In this document: positions 6,567 to 16,178 of the stretch, piece by piece
Layout: each line of letters starts with the position of its first letter
Numbering within the stretch: the stretch's first letter is position 1
Source of the DNA: Deltaproteobacteria bacterium RBG_16_54_11
GTDB lineage: Bacteria > Desulfobacterota > B13-G15 > RBG-16-54-18
Reading direction: 5' to 3'
NCBI GenBank assembly: GCA_001797905.1
Contig: MGQS01000109.1
Location: 821-41,391, forward strand
DNA: 40,571 bases
Made by a program: the position numbers and the translations under genes
The notes under the pieces: model-generated
What the model was told of the DNA's origin: nothing
The model's input: the letters and a program-made list of their open reading frames with translations, nothing else
The model's database searches: none

Positions 6567-8723
6567 ATGGAGAAAAAGAGCTACGATCTTTCCATAAGGG
6601 ATTATCTCTTTATCTTAAAAAAGAGGAAGAAGATCATCGTCTTGGTCCTCCTCCTTACCCTTACGGCCGTCATCTTCGGGACCTATCTTGCCACCCCTTC
6701 CCCACAATATAAGGCTACTGCTTCGGTCAGGGTAGAGCGTATTACCGACGTAACCGGATTTTTGATGGAGGTCATCTCGTATCCCCTCGGGGACGTGCTG
6801 CAAGGGCAGATGGAACTGATCAGGAGCTATGATGTCATGGAGAAGGTGGCGAAGGCCCTGGGTTTGATCCCGCGCGATGCGACTGTCGAGGAGGTAAGTA
6901 CCAACGATACGTACAGGAATACCATCTCTTCCATTAGGGATGCCATCACTGTTGAGCGACAAGGAAGCTCCAATATTATTTCCATCAGTGCAATTGCCAA
7001 CAGTGCTGAAAAGGCCCAACGATTGGCCAATTTGGTGGCGGAGCAGTACCGGGAGGTCAACATCGTCTCTAGAAACAAGAGGGTCTTCGACGCGAAGGAC
7101 TTTGTGGAAAAGCGGCTCAATCAGGTAGAGGAGAAGTTAAAAAGCGCTGAAGATGAGCTTCGCTCCTTTCGTGAGGGGGCAACCCTTGCCCATCTCACCC
7201 AGAAGGAGATGGAGACGGCCAAAAAGCTCGTTGATATAGAGGGGAGGATCGAGGATCTCAGGACGGAAAAAGCGGAGGTGGACTACGCCGTACAGCTGGT
7301 TAAACAAGGGCGCATGATCAGTCCTCGATCGCAATTGACCGTCGAGAGGGATCAGGGCGCCATTGTCACTACCTTAAAGATCTATTCCGACCTCCTGTTG
7401 AAGAGGGAAAATTTACTCCTTACCTATTTCCCTGCCCATCCTGCGGTCAAGGCAGTTGACGGTGAGCTGGAGAACACCAAGATTGAACTGTTGAAGCATC
7501 TTACTGCCCAGAGTACCGGCTATCAAAAGAGGGTTGATCTGCTCGAAGGGGAATTAAGGACCCTTCAGGCAAAGGCGAGACAACTGCCGGCCGAGGCCCT
7601 CTCTTTTGAGCGGCTGAAAAGGGAGGTGGAGATCAATGGCACCCTTTACACCCAACTCAAGACCAAGTATCAGGAGCTCTTGATCAAGGAGGCAGAGAGG
7701 ATTGAGGAGGTATCCATCGTCAATCCTGCGGTCAAACCTTATTCCCCGGTGAATAGGCCCTCCTATCTGCAAAACGGCCTCTTGGGAATCCTCATCGGGC
7801 TCCTCTTGGGGGTGGTTTTTTCCGTTTTCTATGAATCTTATGACACCTCCATCACGACAGTGGAGGAGATCGAGTCCATCTTGGAGGTGCCGGTTCTAGG
7901 GGTGATCCCCTACCTTGGTGAGAAAGAACTGAAGGAAGAGATGTCCAAAAGGGGGCAGGACAAGATCCCTCAAGATCCCGAACTCTTTAAGGCCCTCTTC
8001 ACCTATTTTACCCCTGATCATTTTTTGACGGAGGCCTTCAGGATCCTGCGCACGGCCCTCTTGAAGGTGGAATCGGCGCGGGTCCTTGCAGTAAGCAGCC
8101 CCGCTACCCGCGAAGGGAAGACCTTCGTCATGATGAACCTAGCGATCTCCATTGCGCAGACGGGCAAGAAGGTATTGGTCATTGATGCCGATTTCCAGAT
8201 GAGCATGGTGAACAGACTCTTTGGCATCCCGAGAGAACCGGGGCTTTCCGACGTCATCTTGAGGAATGTTCCCTTCAGCCAGGCGGCCAGGAGTATCGTT
8301 GATCTGATATTGGGGGAGAGGGGTTTCGATTTTGCTCTCTCGGGGACAGGCCTGGAGAATGTACACATCCTCCCGACCGGCGGGAAGTCGCCGAAGGCCA
8401 GGGAGATGTTATCCGTATACATAAAAGACGTGTTAACGGAGGTGAAGGAGATAAAGGAATTCGATTACATCATCATCGACACACCTCCCATTCTCCCCGT
8501 TATGGATGCTGTGGAGCTATCCACCCATGTGGACGGCGTCCTGCTTGTCTATGAGGCGGGCAAGGTCCCCAAGATGGCCCTCCGCAGGGCACGGACCCAT
8601 ATCCTGAACGCAGGGGGGAGGATTATAGGCGCCGTGCTCAACAAGATGAAGGCGGAGGTGAGCCCTGATTACTATAAATATACGTACACGCACTACTACG
8701 GTGGAAAGGAGAAAAGGGCCTAA
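6567..8723 (+). CDS. Wzc/GumC-like polysaccharide co-polymerase fused to a BY-type tyrosine autokinase
   Basis: I place the start at ATG 6567 (MEKKSYDLSIRDYLFILKKRKK + TM, Wzz-like). A long coiled-coil region and a second TM follow. The kinase part has Walker A SSPATREGKTF, A' VLVIDADF, Walker B DYIIIDTPP and the C-terminal Tyr cluster SPDYYKYTYTHYYGG. Confidence 0.9.
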   Translation: MEKKSYDLSIRDYLFILKKRKKIIVLVLLLTLTAVIFGTYLATPSPQYKATASVRVERITDVTGFLMEVISYPLGDVLQGQMELIRSYDVMEKVAKALGLIPRDATVEEVSTNDTYRNTISSIRDAITVERQGSSNIISISAIANSAEKAQRLANLVAEQYREVNIVSRNKRVFDAKDFVEKRLNQVEEKLKSAEDELRSFREGATLAHLTQKEMETAKKLVDIEGRIEDLRTEKAEVDYAVQLVKQGRMISPRSQLTVERDQGAIVTTLKIYSDLLLKRENLLLTYFPAHPAVKAVDGELENTKIELLKHLTAQSTGYQKRVDLLEGELRTLQAKARQLPAEALSFERLKREVEINGTLYTQLKTKYQELLIKEAERIEEVSIVNPAVKPYSPVNRPSYLQNGLLGILIGLLLGVVFSVFYESYDTSITTVEEIESILEVPVLGVIPYLGEKELKEEMSKRGQDKIPQDPELFKALFTYFTPDHFLTEAFRILRTALLKVESARVLAVSSPATREGKTFVMMNLAISIAQTGKKVLVIDADFQMSMVNRLFGIPREPGLSDVILRNVPFSQAARSIVDLILGERGFDFALSGTGLENVHILPTGGKSPKAREMLSVYIKDVLTEVKEIKEFDYIIIDTPPILPVMDAVELSTHVDGVLLVYEAGKVPKMALRRARTHILNAGGRIIGAVLNKMKAEVSPDYYKYTYTHYYGGKEKRA

Positions 8724-10082
8724 TTGAATGTCAGCGTTGATCTATCCTTCCAATCTAGGTTAATCCTAACTTGCCTCTCCCTTGGTGCCGCCCTCCTTAT
8801 CATCTTACTGCCGCCTTCTTTTACCTTGATCGCCTTTTTGGCACTGGTGATTGCCGTCATATGTTTTATTTACCCGCAGGTCGCGCTCTACATTCTTATC
8901 GTTTCCATGCTCTTTTCACCGGAGGTGATGGTCGGGCAGACAGCTGCCAGAGAAGTCACCTTCAGGATGGATGATCTTTTGTTGATAATCATCGCTATTA
9001 CGTGGCTCGTCAGGGCCGCCATATACAAGGAATTGGCGGTCTTTCGCCTCACCCCCCTTCATACCCCTATTGCCCTCTACATGTCGGCTTCTCTCCTTGC
9101 TACCTTGATAGGCATGGTGATGGGAAAAGTGGGCGTTGCGACGGGTCTCTTCTTTAACCTGAAGATCTTTGAGTATTTTATCGTCTTCTTTATGGTGGTC
9201 AATTATGTGAGGGAGGAGAAGGAGATAAAGACCTTCGTTATCCTGATCCTCCTTGTGGCCCTCATGGTAAACCTCTATGCCCTCTATCAAGTCCCCTCGG
9301 GTGCAAGGGTGACTGCCCCCTTTGAGGGGGAGTTCGGCGAGCCCAATACGCTGGGCGGATACCTCATTCTCATCATCTCCGTGGCCCTTGCACTTTTCCT
9401 GCTCAGAGGCTTCGGCCCGCGGACCAATCTCCTGATTCCATTACTCGTTCTTTCGGGCGCCATCTTGATGTTTACCCAATCGAGGGGTTCCTGGATTGGT
9501 TTGATATTAATGAGCGCCCCCTTTATGCTCCTCTCGCCGAAGAGGGTCTTCTTTATCAGTGGGGCCATCTTTCTCATCCTTGCCCTTCCCTATATCGCAC
9601 CTAAGTCCACAAAAGAGAGATTTGCCGGCACCTTTCGTCCCGAACCTTTTTATGAACGCACCGAGAGGTTTATGGGGATGGGACTCGATCCCTCTGCATC
9701 GGAGAGGGTGGCCAGCTACAAGCAAGGATTCGAGAAGTGGAAGAAGCACCCCATTCTAGGGTACGGTGTTACCGGTGCGGGTTTCATTGACGGCCAATTT
9801 CTTCGAGTATTGCTGGAGACGGGAATTATAGGACTTGCCTTGTTTCTCTTTCTCTTGTGGCGCATGGCCCTCTTTTTGTGGAATACCTATTGGTCTGTGG
9901 ATGATCCATTTTTTAAGGCTCTCTACCTTGGGATGTTGGGCGCTTTGGCTGGTCTTATAGGACATTCAATCAGCGCGAGCTCCTTTATCGTAGTGAGGAT
10001 CATGGAGCCGTTTTGGTTCTTGATGGGACTTGCGGCTGCCTATCCCCTGATAAGGGGTGAGCTTACCTCTGCCGAAGAGTAA
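8724..10082 (+). CDS. O-antigen ligase/polymerase-like (Wzy_C domain) membrane protein
   Basis: 452 aa and polytopic (about 10+ hydrophobic segments). It contains MFTQSRGSWIGLIL, typical of the O-antigen ligase domain. It has a TTG start directly after the upstream TAA. Confidence 0.8.
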   Translation: MNVSVDLSFQSRLILTCLSLGAALLIILLPPSFTLIAFLALVIAVICFIYPQVALYILIVSMLFSPEVMVGQTAAREVTFRMDDLLLIIIAITWLVRAAIYKELAVFRLTPLHTPIALYMSASLLATLIGMVMGKVGVATGLFFNLKIFEYFIVFFMVVNYVREEKEIKTFVILILLVALMVNLYALYQVPSGARVTAPFEGEFGEPNTLGGYLILIISVALALFLLRGFGPRTNLLIPLLVLSGAILMFTQSRGSWIGLILMSAPFMLLSPKRVFFISGAIFLILALPYIAPKSTKERFAGTFRPEPFYERTERFMGMGLDPSASERVASYKQGFEKWKKHPILGYGVTGAGFIDGQFLRVLLETGIIGLALFLFLLWRMALFLWNTYWSVDDPFFKALYLGMLGALAGLIGHSISASSFIVVRIMEPFWFLMGLAAAYPLIRGELTSAEE

Positions 10083-10185
10083 ACAAAGATCTTCTAGCCA
10101 AGGAGCCTTGCATCTTCTCCTTCGTATCGCTCCTTGTGAGAATGAACCCAAAAACACGAGAAAAAGTAATAAAGGACAGCATTTC

Positions 10186-11655
10186 GTGAAACCGGAAGCA
10201 TCGCTCTCTCAGCGGGTAACAAGAGCTGGAGCCTGGGTTTTTACTCTTAGAATAATTGAAAAAGGCTTTGGCTTTATCAGGCTTATTATCTTAGCCAGGC
10301 TGTTAGCCCCGAACGATTTTGGTCTCATGGGCATTGCCCTTTTAACGTTGTCTATCTTAGAGACCTTTTCGGAGACGGGATTCCAGACTGCTTTGATTCA
10401 AAAAAAGAAGGACATCAGCGCCTATCTGGATACTGCATGGACGGTATCTATACTGAGAGGTATTGCTTTATGTATCATTATCTTCTTCTCCGCACCTTAT
10501 GTAGGTCTCTTTTTTAAAAGTACCGAAGCGTCCTCTATTATTCAGGTACTTGGACTTTCAATTCTCCTGCGGGGATTTACAAACACCGGCATTATTTATT
10601 TTCAAAAGGAACTCGAATTTAACAAACAATTCATCTATGGATTAATCACGACATCAGCTGATTTCATAGTGGCGATTTTGGCGGCTGTGATACTAAAAAA
10701 TATCTGGGCCCTCGTATTTGGTTATCTTGCAGCGAACTTAGCAGGGCTTGTGGCAAGCTATCTTATTCAACCGTATAGGCCGCGGCTGAGCCTGGATTTA
10801 AAAAGGATCAAAGAGTTATCCGGTTTTGGGAAATGGGTTTTTGGGTATAATATTTTGTATTTTTTTTTAATGCAGGGTGATGACTTTTTTGTCGGCAAAG
10901 TACTCGGGATAGCAGCACTTGGTTTTTATCAGATGGCTTATAAAATCTCAAATATACCGGCAACTGAAATAACTCATGTGATTTCCAAGGTGATATTCCC
11001 AGCCTATTCTAAGATGCAAGACGATCTGCCTCGATTACGGGAATCCTATGTAAGGGTCTTACAATTCATAGCATTTTTCTCTTTCCCGATAGCCGGGTTA
11101 ATTTTTATATTAGCGCCGGAGTTCACTATGATTTTTTTGGGGAATAAATGGATGCCGATGGTTCCAGCCATGCAGGTATTGGTTCTTTGGGGATTGGTGA
11201 GATCCTTGGGCACAACAACCGGAACACTGTTGGTATCCGTAGGTAAACCTGCAATCGTAACCAAATTGCACTTTGCCACATTAATTTTATTGGGCAGTCT
11301 CATTTATCCTCTTTCAGTCACATGGGGAATACTCGGAACATCCTTAGCGGTGCTTTTCGCCATGGTGGTTCCAAATTTAGTGGCCTTTATTGTTATTATT
11401 AAAGTCATAAGGCTAAAAATATACAATCTCACGAAGATGATATTTTTACCTTTGTTAAATACTGGCTTTTTAATCTTACTCATATCCCTCGCAAAGCCAT
11501 ATTGGGTCAATTTCGGGATATTGGGTTTCTCGCTTTTCGTTATCATTGGCTTAACATCTTATTGTTGTATAGCATATTTATTTGATAAATTTTATGACTA
11601 CCGCCTCGTGGATAATATAAAGATGAGTATCTATTCGTTAAAAAATTTACAATGA
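10186..11655 (+). CDS. Wzx-type polysaccharide flippase (MOP superfamily)
   Basis: Polytopic membrane protein, with RLIILARLLAPNDFGLMGIALL typical of polysaccharide biosynthesis/flippase proteins. I favour the GTG start at 10186, with AAGGA 9-10 nt upstream. The tracked ORF starts at 10057, inside the previous gene. Confidence 0.8.
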   Translation: MKPEASLSQRVTRAGAWVFTLRIIEKGFGFIRLIILARLLAPNDFGLMGIALLTLSILETFSETGFQTALIQKKKDISAYLDTAWTVSILRGIALCIIIFFSAPYVGLFFKSTEASSIIQVLGLSILLRGFTNTGIIYFQKELEFNKQFIYGLITTSADFIVAILAAVILKNIWALVFGYLAANLAGLVASYLIQPYRPRLSLDLKRIKELSGFGKWVFGYNILYFFLMQGDDFFVGKVLGIAALGFYQMAYKISNIPATEITHVISKVIFPAYSKMQDDLPRLRESYVRVLQFIAFFSFPIAGLIFILAPEFTMIFLGNKWMPMVPAMQVLVLWGLVRSLGTTTGTLLVSVGKPAIVTKLHFATLILLGSLIYPLSVTWGILGTSLAVLFAMVVPNLVAFIVIIKVIRLKIYNLTKMIFLPLLNTGFLILLISLAKPYWVNFGILGFSLFVIIGLTSYCCIAYLFDKFYDYRLVDNIKMSIYSLKNLQ

Positions 11656-11698
11656 AACTATAAAAGATTTTATTAAAAAAAATCGGGATACGAAGACA

Positions 11699-12418
11699 AT
11701 GAAAGCATACGGCAGAGGTGAGCAAGACTTTAAGGATTATTTTGATTCTATCTATGGGAGATCTGATATCCTCAGCCCCGAAGAATACGAAAATACTTCT
11801 CATCTTTATCATTTTTATTACGGCAATTTTTTACCGAAAGATATAAATGCGCCGATACTTGATATCGGCTGCGGCGCTGGCCATTTTTTATTTTATCTAA
11901 AAAAAATTGGATATAAAAATTTTACGGGCATTGATCTATCGCCGGATAATATAGAGCATTGCAAAGTCAATATCGCACCTAACGTGCAGCTGGCCGATGC
12001 CTTCGCGTATCTGGTTAAAAAAAAGAGTATGTATTGTGTCATATCGGCGAACGATGTGATCGAACATATACCAAAAGAAAGAGTTATAAAATTATTGAGG
12101 CTTATGTATCGTGCCCTGAGACCTGGCGGCATCTTATTATTGAGAATACCCAATATGAGCAATCCTTTTTCCATCCAAATGAGATACAGAGATTTTACTC
12201 ATGAATGCGGCTTCACCGAGAAAAGTATTTATCAGGTGCTGCATCTTGCCGGCTTTCGAGATATTCAGATTAATGCTTCCTGGACCGATAAAAAAGCAAT
12301 TAAATCGTACATAAGAAAAATAGTATTAAGAAAATTGTTTTGGTTTCTGGGAGGATGTAATGCCCCGGAAATATTAAGCTGCCTTCTGATTGTTATAGCC
12401 AAAAAATCGGATGCCTGA
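11699..12418 (+). CDS. Class I SAM-dependent methyltransferase
   Basis: 239 aa with ILDIGCGAGHF (motif I) and LRPGGILLLRIPN (post-I/II). Confidence 0.85.
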   Translation: MKAYGRGEQDFKDYFDSIYGRSDILSPEEYENTSHLYHFYYGNFLPKDINAPILDIGCGAGHFLFYLKKIGYKNFTGIDLSPDNIEHCKVNIAPNVQLADAFAYLVKKKSMYCVISANDVIEHIPKERVIKLLRLMYRALRPGGILLLRIPNMSNPFSIQMRYRDFTHECGFTEKSIYQVLHLAGFRDIQINASWTDKKAIKSYIRKIVLRKLFWFLGGCNAPEILSCLLIVIAKKSDA

Positions 12419-12421
12419 GAT

Positions 12422-14203
12422 ATGGTGAAGAAGATTAATGTGGCTGCATGTCTTTTATTTTATGAGAGATTGGAGCAAACTATTGAATGTATCAATAGTT
12501 TATTACCGTCAGGGGTAGATATCTATGTACTGAATAATGGTTCTTCTTTCTCGTCACGAAAGTCGTTAACGGAATTTTGCGTAAAACACAAACAGATCAA
12601 AGTCTTTGATTCGGATGTTAACTTGGGCCCTAGCGGCGGTAGAAATTATTTGATAAACCATACTACCGTAGAATGGCTTTTATTTATGGATAATGATGTC
12701 GTCATGAAAACTGCTGATTGGTTGGAAAGATTCACTAAACATGCAGAACTAAGCAGCGAGATAGAAGTATTTATCCCCAAAATGTTTATTACTCGCAGCA
12801 AGGAATACCATAGCCATTACTCTTATAGGATAGAAGGAAATACCGCATTTCCCGATAGAATAATTATGGATAACACGACAAATACTTTTCCTGGGGGGGC
12901 ATCATTCATCAACCGCGATCTCTTTATAAGATTGGGTCTTTATGATGATAAACTATTCGGTTTTGAAGAATTTGACCTTAGCCTTAGAGGTATAATTTCT
13001 GGGGAACCTGTAAAGGCAAAGCTGATTTATGATATTGAGCTGGCCCACGATCATCGACCAGCCAAGGGAAAAAAAGATAGAGATGCTGCAATAGTAAGAT
13101 ATGATTTAAATACTATAGATAAATCGTACAAATGGATTGCTGAAAAACATGGGTTAATATTATCAGACTCTGCTAGAATTGGAACTGTCTATAACCTTGA
13201 ATATATGCTTAACAGATATAATATTTTTCAAATTTATTTCTGGAAACAACTCATCCCAAAACCCGTAAAGAGATTTTTAAAAGACCTTTATATTTCAAAA
13301 ATACAGAGACGATCTAAGCCGAAATCGGCGACTCTTTTTTTAACTGAAAGGTGTAATTTTAGCTGTCAAGGATGTCGCCGACAGCATATTGGTCTCAATA
13401 AATCGAAAGATATGACTTTATCAACTGTTCAAAGGCTATTGTCTTTATATCCTGCAATTGAACGTTTTTGTATAGCTGGTCAAGGAGAACCAACGCTTTG
13501 CCCAAACTTTCTTGAAATCACTGACTATTTACTTAAAATTGGGAAAAGTGTGAGCATAGTGACAAATGGTACAAATCCTTTTAAGATTTTTGCTCTGAGT
13601 TATCAGCCTGATAGCATATCGATTAGTCTCTATGGATCTAATAGACAGCAATATATATCCTACACAGGCTCTGATTTTTTTGAAGACGTAGTTGATTCTT
13701 TTAAGAAATTAAGCAGTAGATTCAAGAATGTGGGAATATCATTTATAGTGAACAAGGCTAATTATAGAGAATTAGATGGCATTTTGTCTTTATGTGACGA
13801 GATTAAGCCTGCTTTTGTTGATTTGCACAATTATCTTGCTTATGATCCTGATAATAAAGATGAAACGTCTAAAATAATAACTACTCATGATACTGAAATA
13901 GTTGCTTATATTAATTCTGTTTGCAGTTGCCGCGGTTATCGAATAAATAAACCGATTTTTATAGACCTTGAGAAACAGAAACTTCTCTGTAGATCATATA
14001 GTTACCTCATCAATCTTGATGGATCGGGGAATATCGGCGGCTGCCAAAGGCAAGTAACTCCAAATTCAGAGTGTGGCAATATATTTAATGAGCTTGATCC
14101 TTATAATTCTGTAAATATGACCAAGTTTCGGAAAAAAATGTTTAAAAGCCATTTAATTCATAAAGAGTGTTTTTTTTGCTTTGGAAATTGGCGAAAGGAA
14201 TAA
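12422..14203 (+). CDS. Fusion protein: GT2 glycosyltransferase (N-terminal) plus radical SAM enzyme with a twitch/SPASM-like Cys-rich C-terminus
   Basis: 593 aa. Residues ~1-290 read VAACLLFYERLEQTIECINSLL...YVLNNGS...LLFMDNDV (GT-A fold, DxD). Residues ~300-593 contain LTERCNFSCQGCRR (CX3CX2C), IAGQGEPTL, then CRSYSYLINLDGSGNIGGC (CX12GX4C) and KECFFCF. Confidence 0.8.
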   Translation: MVKKINVAACLLFYERLEQTIECINSLLPSGVDIYVLNNGSSFSSRKSLTEFCVKHKQIKVFDSDVNLGPSGGRNYLINHTTVEWLLFMDNDVVMKTADWLERFTKHAELSSEIEVFIPKMFITRSKEYHSHYSYRIEGNTAFPDRIIMDNTTNTFPGGASFINRDLFIRLGLYDDKLFGFEEFDLSLRGIISGEPVKAKLIYDIELAHDHRPAKGKKDRDAAIVRYDLNTIDKSYKWIAEKHGLILSDSARIGTVYNLEYMLNRYNIFQIYFWKQLIPKPVKRFLKDLYISKIQRRSKPKSATLFLTERCNFSCQGCRRQHIGLNKSKDMTLSTVQRLLSLYPAIERFCIAGQGEPTLCPNFLEITDYLLKIGKSVSIVTNGTNPFKIFALSYQPDSISISLYGSNRQQYISYTGSDFFEDVVDSFKKLSSRFKNVGISFIVNKANYRELDGILSLCDEIKPAFVDLHNYLAYDPDNKDETSKIITTHDTEIVAYINSVCSCRGYRINKPIFIDLEKQKLLCRSYSYLINLDGSGNIGGCQRQVTPNSECGNIFNELDPYNSVNMTKFRKKMFKSHLIHKECFFCFGNWRKE

Positions 14204-14259
14204 AAAAGGCGATTATATAGTTAAAAAATCCAAGCAAATATTTAAGAAAGTTACCAAGT

Positions 14260-14997
14260 ATGAAGAAATTAATCAAACATGCGCTCAAAAAAATACACCT
14301 ATATGATTTTGTGCAATTTTACCTTATTCATATCAGACTTCTTAAAAGAATTGCATGTGGTACTGATAATCGAATTATCAAAAGATACTTAAGTGTAAAC
14401 GGAGTCAAAAAACTTCAGATTGGCTCAGGTGAAAATTTCCTTGAAGGTTGGATTAATTCGGATATTGATCCTTGCTCGGATAATAAGATTTATCTTGATG
14501 CCTCAAAATCATTTCCTTTTGAGGATTCAACTTTTGACTATGTATTTAGTGAACACATGATAGAACACATAACATATCAAGAAGGTTTTAATATGCTATC
14601 AGAATGTTACCGCATCTTGAGCCCCGGCGGGAAAATCCGTGTGGCAACTCCTGACTTGCAATTTTTATTTGAACTGTATAAGTTAAATAAATCAGAATTG
14701 CAAAATGAATATATTAAATGGTCGGTTAAAAAAAGTAATATTCCAGGTGTAACGGCTTTTGCTGATACATTTGTGATTAACAAGTTTTTTAGTGGGTGGG
14801 AGCATAAATTCATTTATGATGAGAAAGCGCTGCGATATACACTTCTAAAAATTGGCTTTACCGGCATTAAAAAATGTCATTTGAATGAAAGCGACGATGA
14901 ACTGCTGCGGGGACTTGAAAATGAAAATCGCATGCCCGCTGGGTTTCTTGAGTTGGAAACCATAGTTTTGGAAGGGACAAAACAAATCAGTGGATGA
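14260..14997 (+). CDS. Class I SAM-dependent methyltransferase (Methyltransf_11-like)
   Basis: 245 aa with KLQIGSGENFLEGWINSDI, FDYVFSEHMIEH and LSPGGKIRVATPD. Confidence 0.8.
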   Translation: MKKLIKHALKKIHLYDFVQFYLIHIRLLKRIACGTDNRIIKRYLSVNGVKKLQIGSGENFLEGWINSDIDPCSDNKIYLDASKSFPFEDSTFDYVFSEHMIEHITYQEGFNMLSECYRILSPGGKIRVATPDLQFLFELYKLNKSELQNEYIKWSVKKSNIPGVTAFADTFVINKFFSGWEHKFIYDEKALRYTLLKIGFTGIKKCHLNESDDELLRGLENENRMPAGFLELETIVLEGTKQISG

Positions 14998-15127
14998 GGA
15001 CTTGAGAAAACTGAACGTTCCTCCAGGCTGTGCATTAGGTGTTTTTTAATGCCACACTATTAAAAAATAAAAATGATGCGGCCTTGATCATATTATTCAT
15101 TATAGACTATATATTTCAAACTCAATA

Positions 15128-16177
15128 ATGTTATCAAAAAGAAAATTTAAGGTTCTTTTTTCATCAAATAAAAATCCTAATTTTGAAACATTTACCGACT
15201 ATATTGAAAAAGCACTTAATGAAGTAGGGTGTGAGACCTTATTTTTTGAAAATAGACATTTTCTTCTTCCAGGAAGAATAAGGGATAAAGTCAGATTATT
15301 AAACAATGGTGATTTATATATATTAAATAGGCGGCTATTGAATAAGGCAATCGAGTTCAAGCCACTTCTTTTTCTTGAAGATGGTGGATGGAATATTTTG
15401 CCGGCCACGCTAAAAGCAATGAATAAGGTTGGAATAGTAACGGCTCTTTGGACTAATGATCCCCCAAGATTTCAAGATCGTCATTTAAATAGTTTAAAAA
15501 AAAATGCATCTTATTATGACCATGTTTTTGTGACTGGATCGGAGGGGGTCGATTTTTTTAAAAATACTGTTAACTGTCTTCATTTGTTGCCGTTTGCATG
15601 TGATCCTGATTATCACAAACCTATGAAGATAACTAACTCCGTAAAAGATAGGTATAGTTATGATGTATGTTTTGTTGGCTCAGGATGGGAGGAACTATAT
15701 CCCTATAGAATAAAGTTACTTGAGGGATTAACGGATTTTAAACTAGGGGTATGGGGACCTGGTTGGGAAACATTATCTTCGATGTCTCCATTAAAAAAAT
15801 TTATCAATGGTGCTCACCTAAAGACAGCAGAATGGGTGAAACTATTCAGTACCTCAAAAATAGTATTCCATTCTCATTTCCAAGATCCTTTGAACTTAAT
15901 GCCTAACTATCAAGTAAATCCAAGAGTTTTTGAGGCGCTAGCATGTGGCTCATTTCTTCTTGTTGATGATCAGAAGGATATTTCGTGCTTTTTTAAAAAT
16001 GGCGAACACCTTGTTATCTATAAAGATATGAATGATTTGAGAGCTAGGGTAGCATATTATCTTAACAATGATGATGAAAGAAAAAGAATAGCAGATTGTG
16101 GAAGAAAAGAAGTTCTAAAGAAGCACACTTACAAACACAGGGTAAAGGATATCATCAACACCGTTACAAAGGGTTAA
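15128..16177 (+). CDS. CgeB-family / Glyco_trans_1_2-type glycosyltransferase
   Basis: 349 aa. The C-terminal sequence NPRVFEALACGSFLLVDD...YYLNNDDERKRIADCGRKEVLKKHTYKHRV is typical of the CgeB-like family. Confidence 0.7.
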   Translation: MLSKRKFKVLFSSNKNPNFETFTDYIEKALNEVGCETLFFENRHFLLPGRIRDKVRLLNNGDLYILNRRLLNKAIEFKPLLFLEDGGWNILPATLKAMNKVGIVTALWTNDPPRFQDRHLNSLKKNASYYDHVFVTGSEGVDFFKNTVNCLHLLPFACDPDYHKPMKITNSVKDRYSYDVCFVGSGWEELYPYRIKLLEGLTDFKLGVWGPGWETLSSMSPLKKFINGAHLKTAEWVKLFSTSKIVFHSHFQDPLNLMPNYQVNPRVFEALACGSFLLVDDQKDISCFFKNGEHLVIYKDMNDLRARVAYYLNNDDERKRIADCGRKEVLKKHTYKHRVKDIINTVTKG

Positions 16178-16178
16178 C

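Noticed and set aside
10142-10189. 15-codon mini-ORF (MNPKTREKVIKDSIS) whose TGA overlaps the proposed GTG start of the flippase; possible leader peptide.
   Set aside because: I could see no convincing RBS, and there is no evidence of conservation. It could arise by chance in an AT-rich junction.
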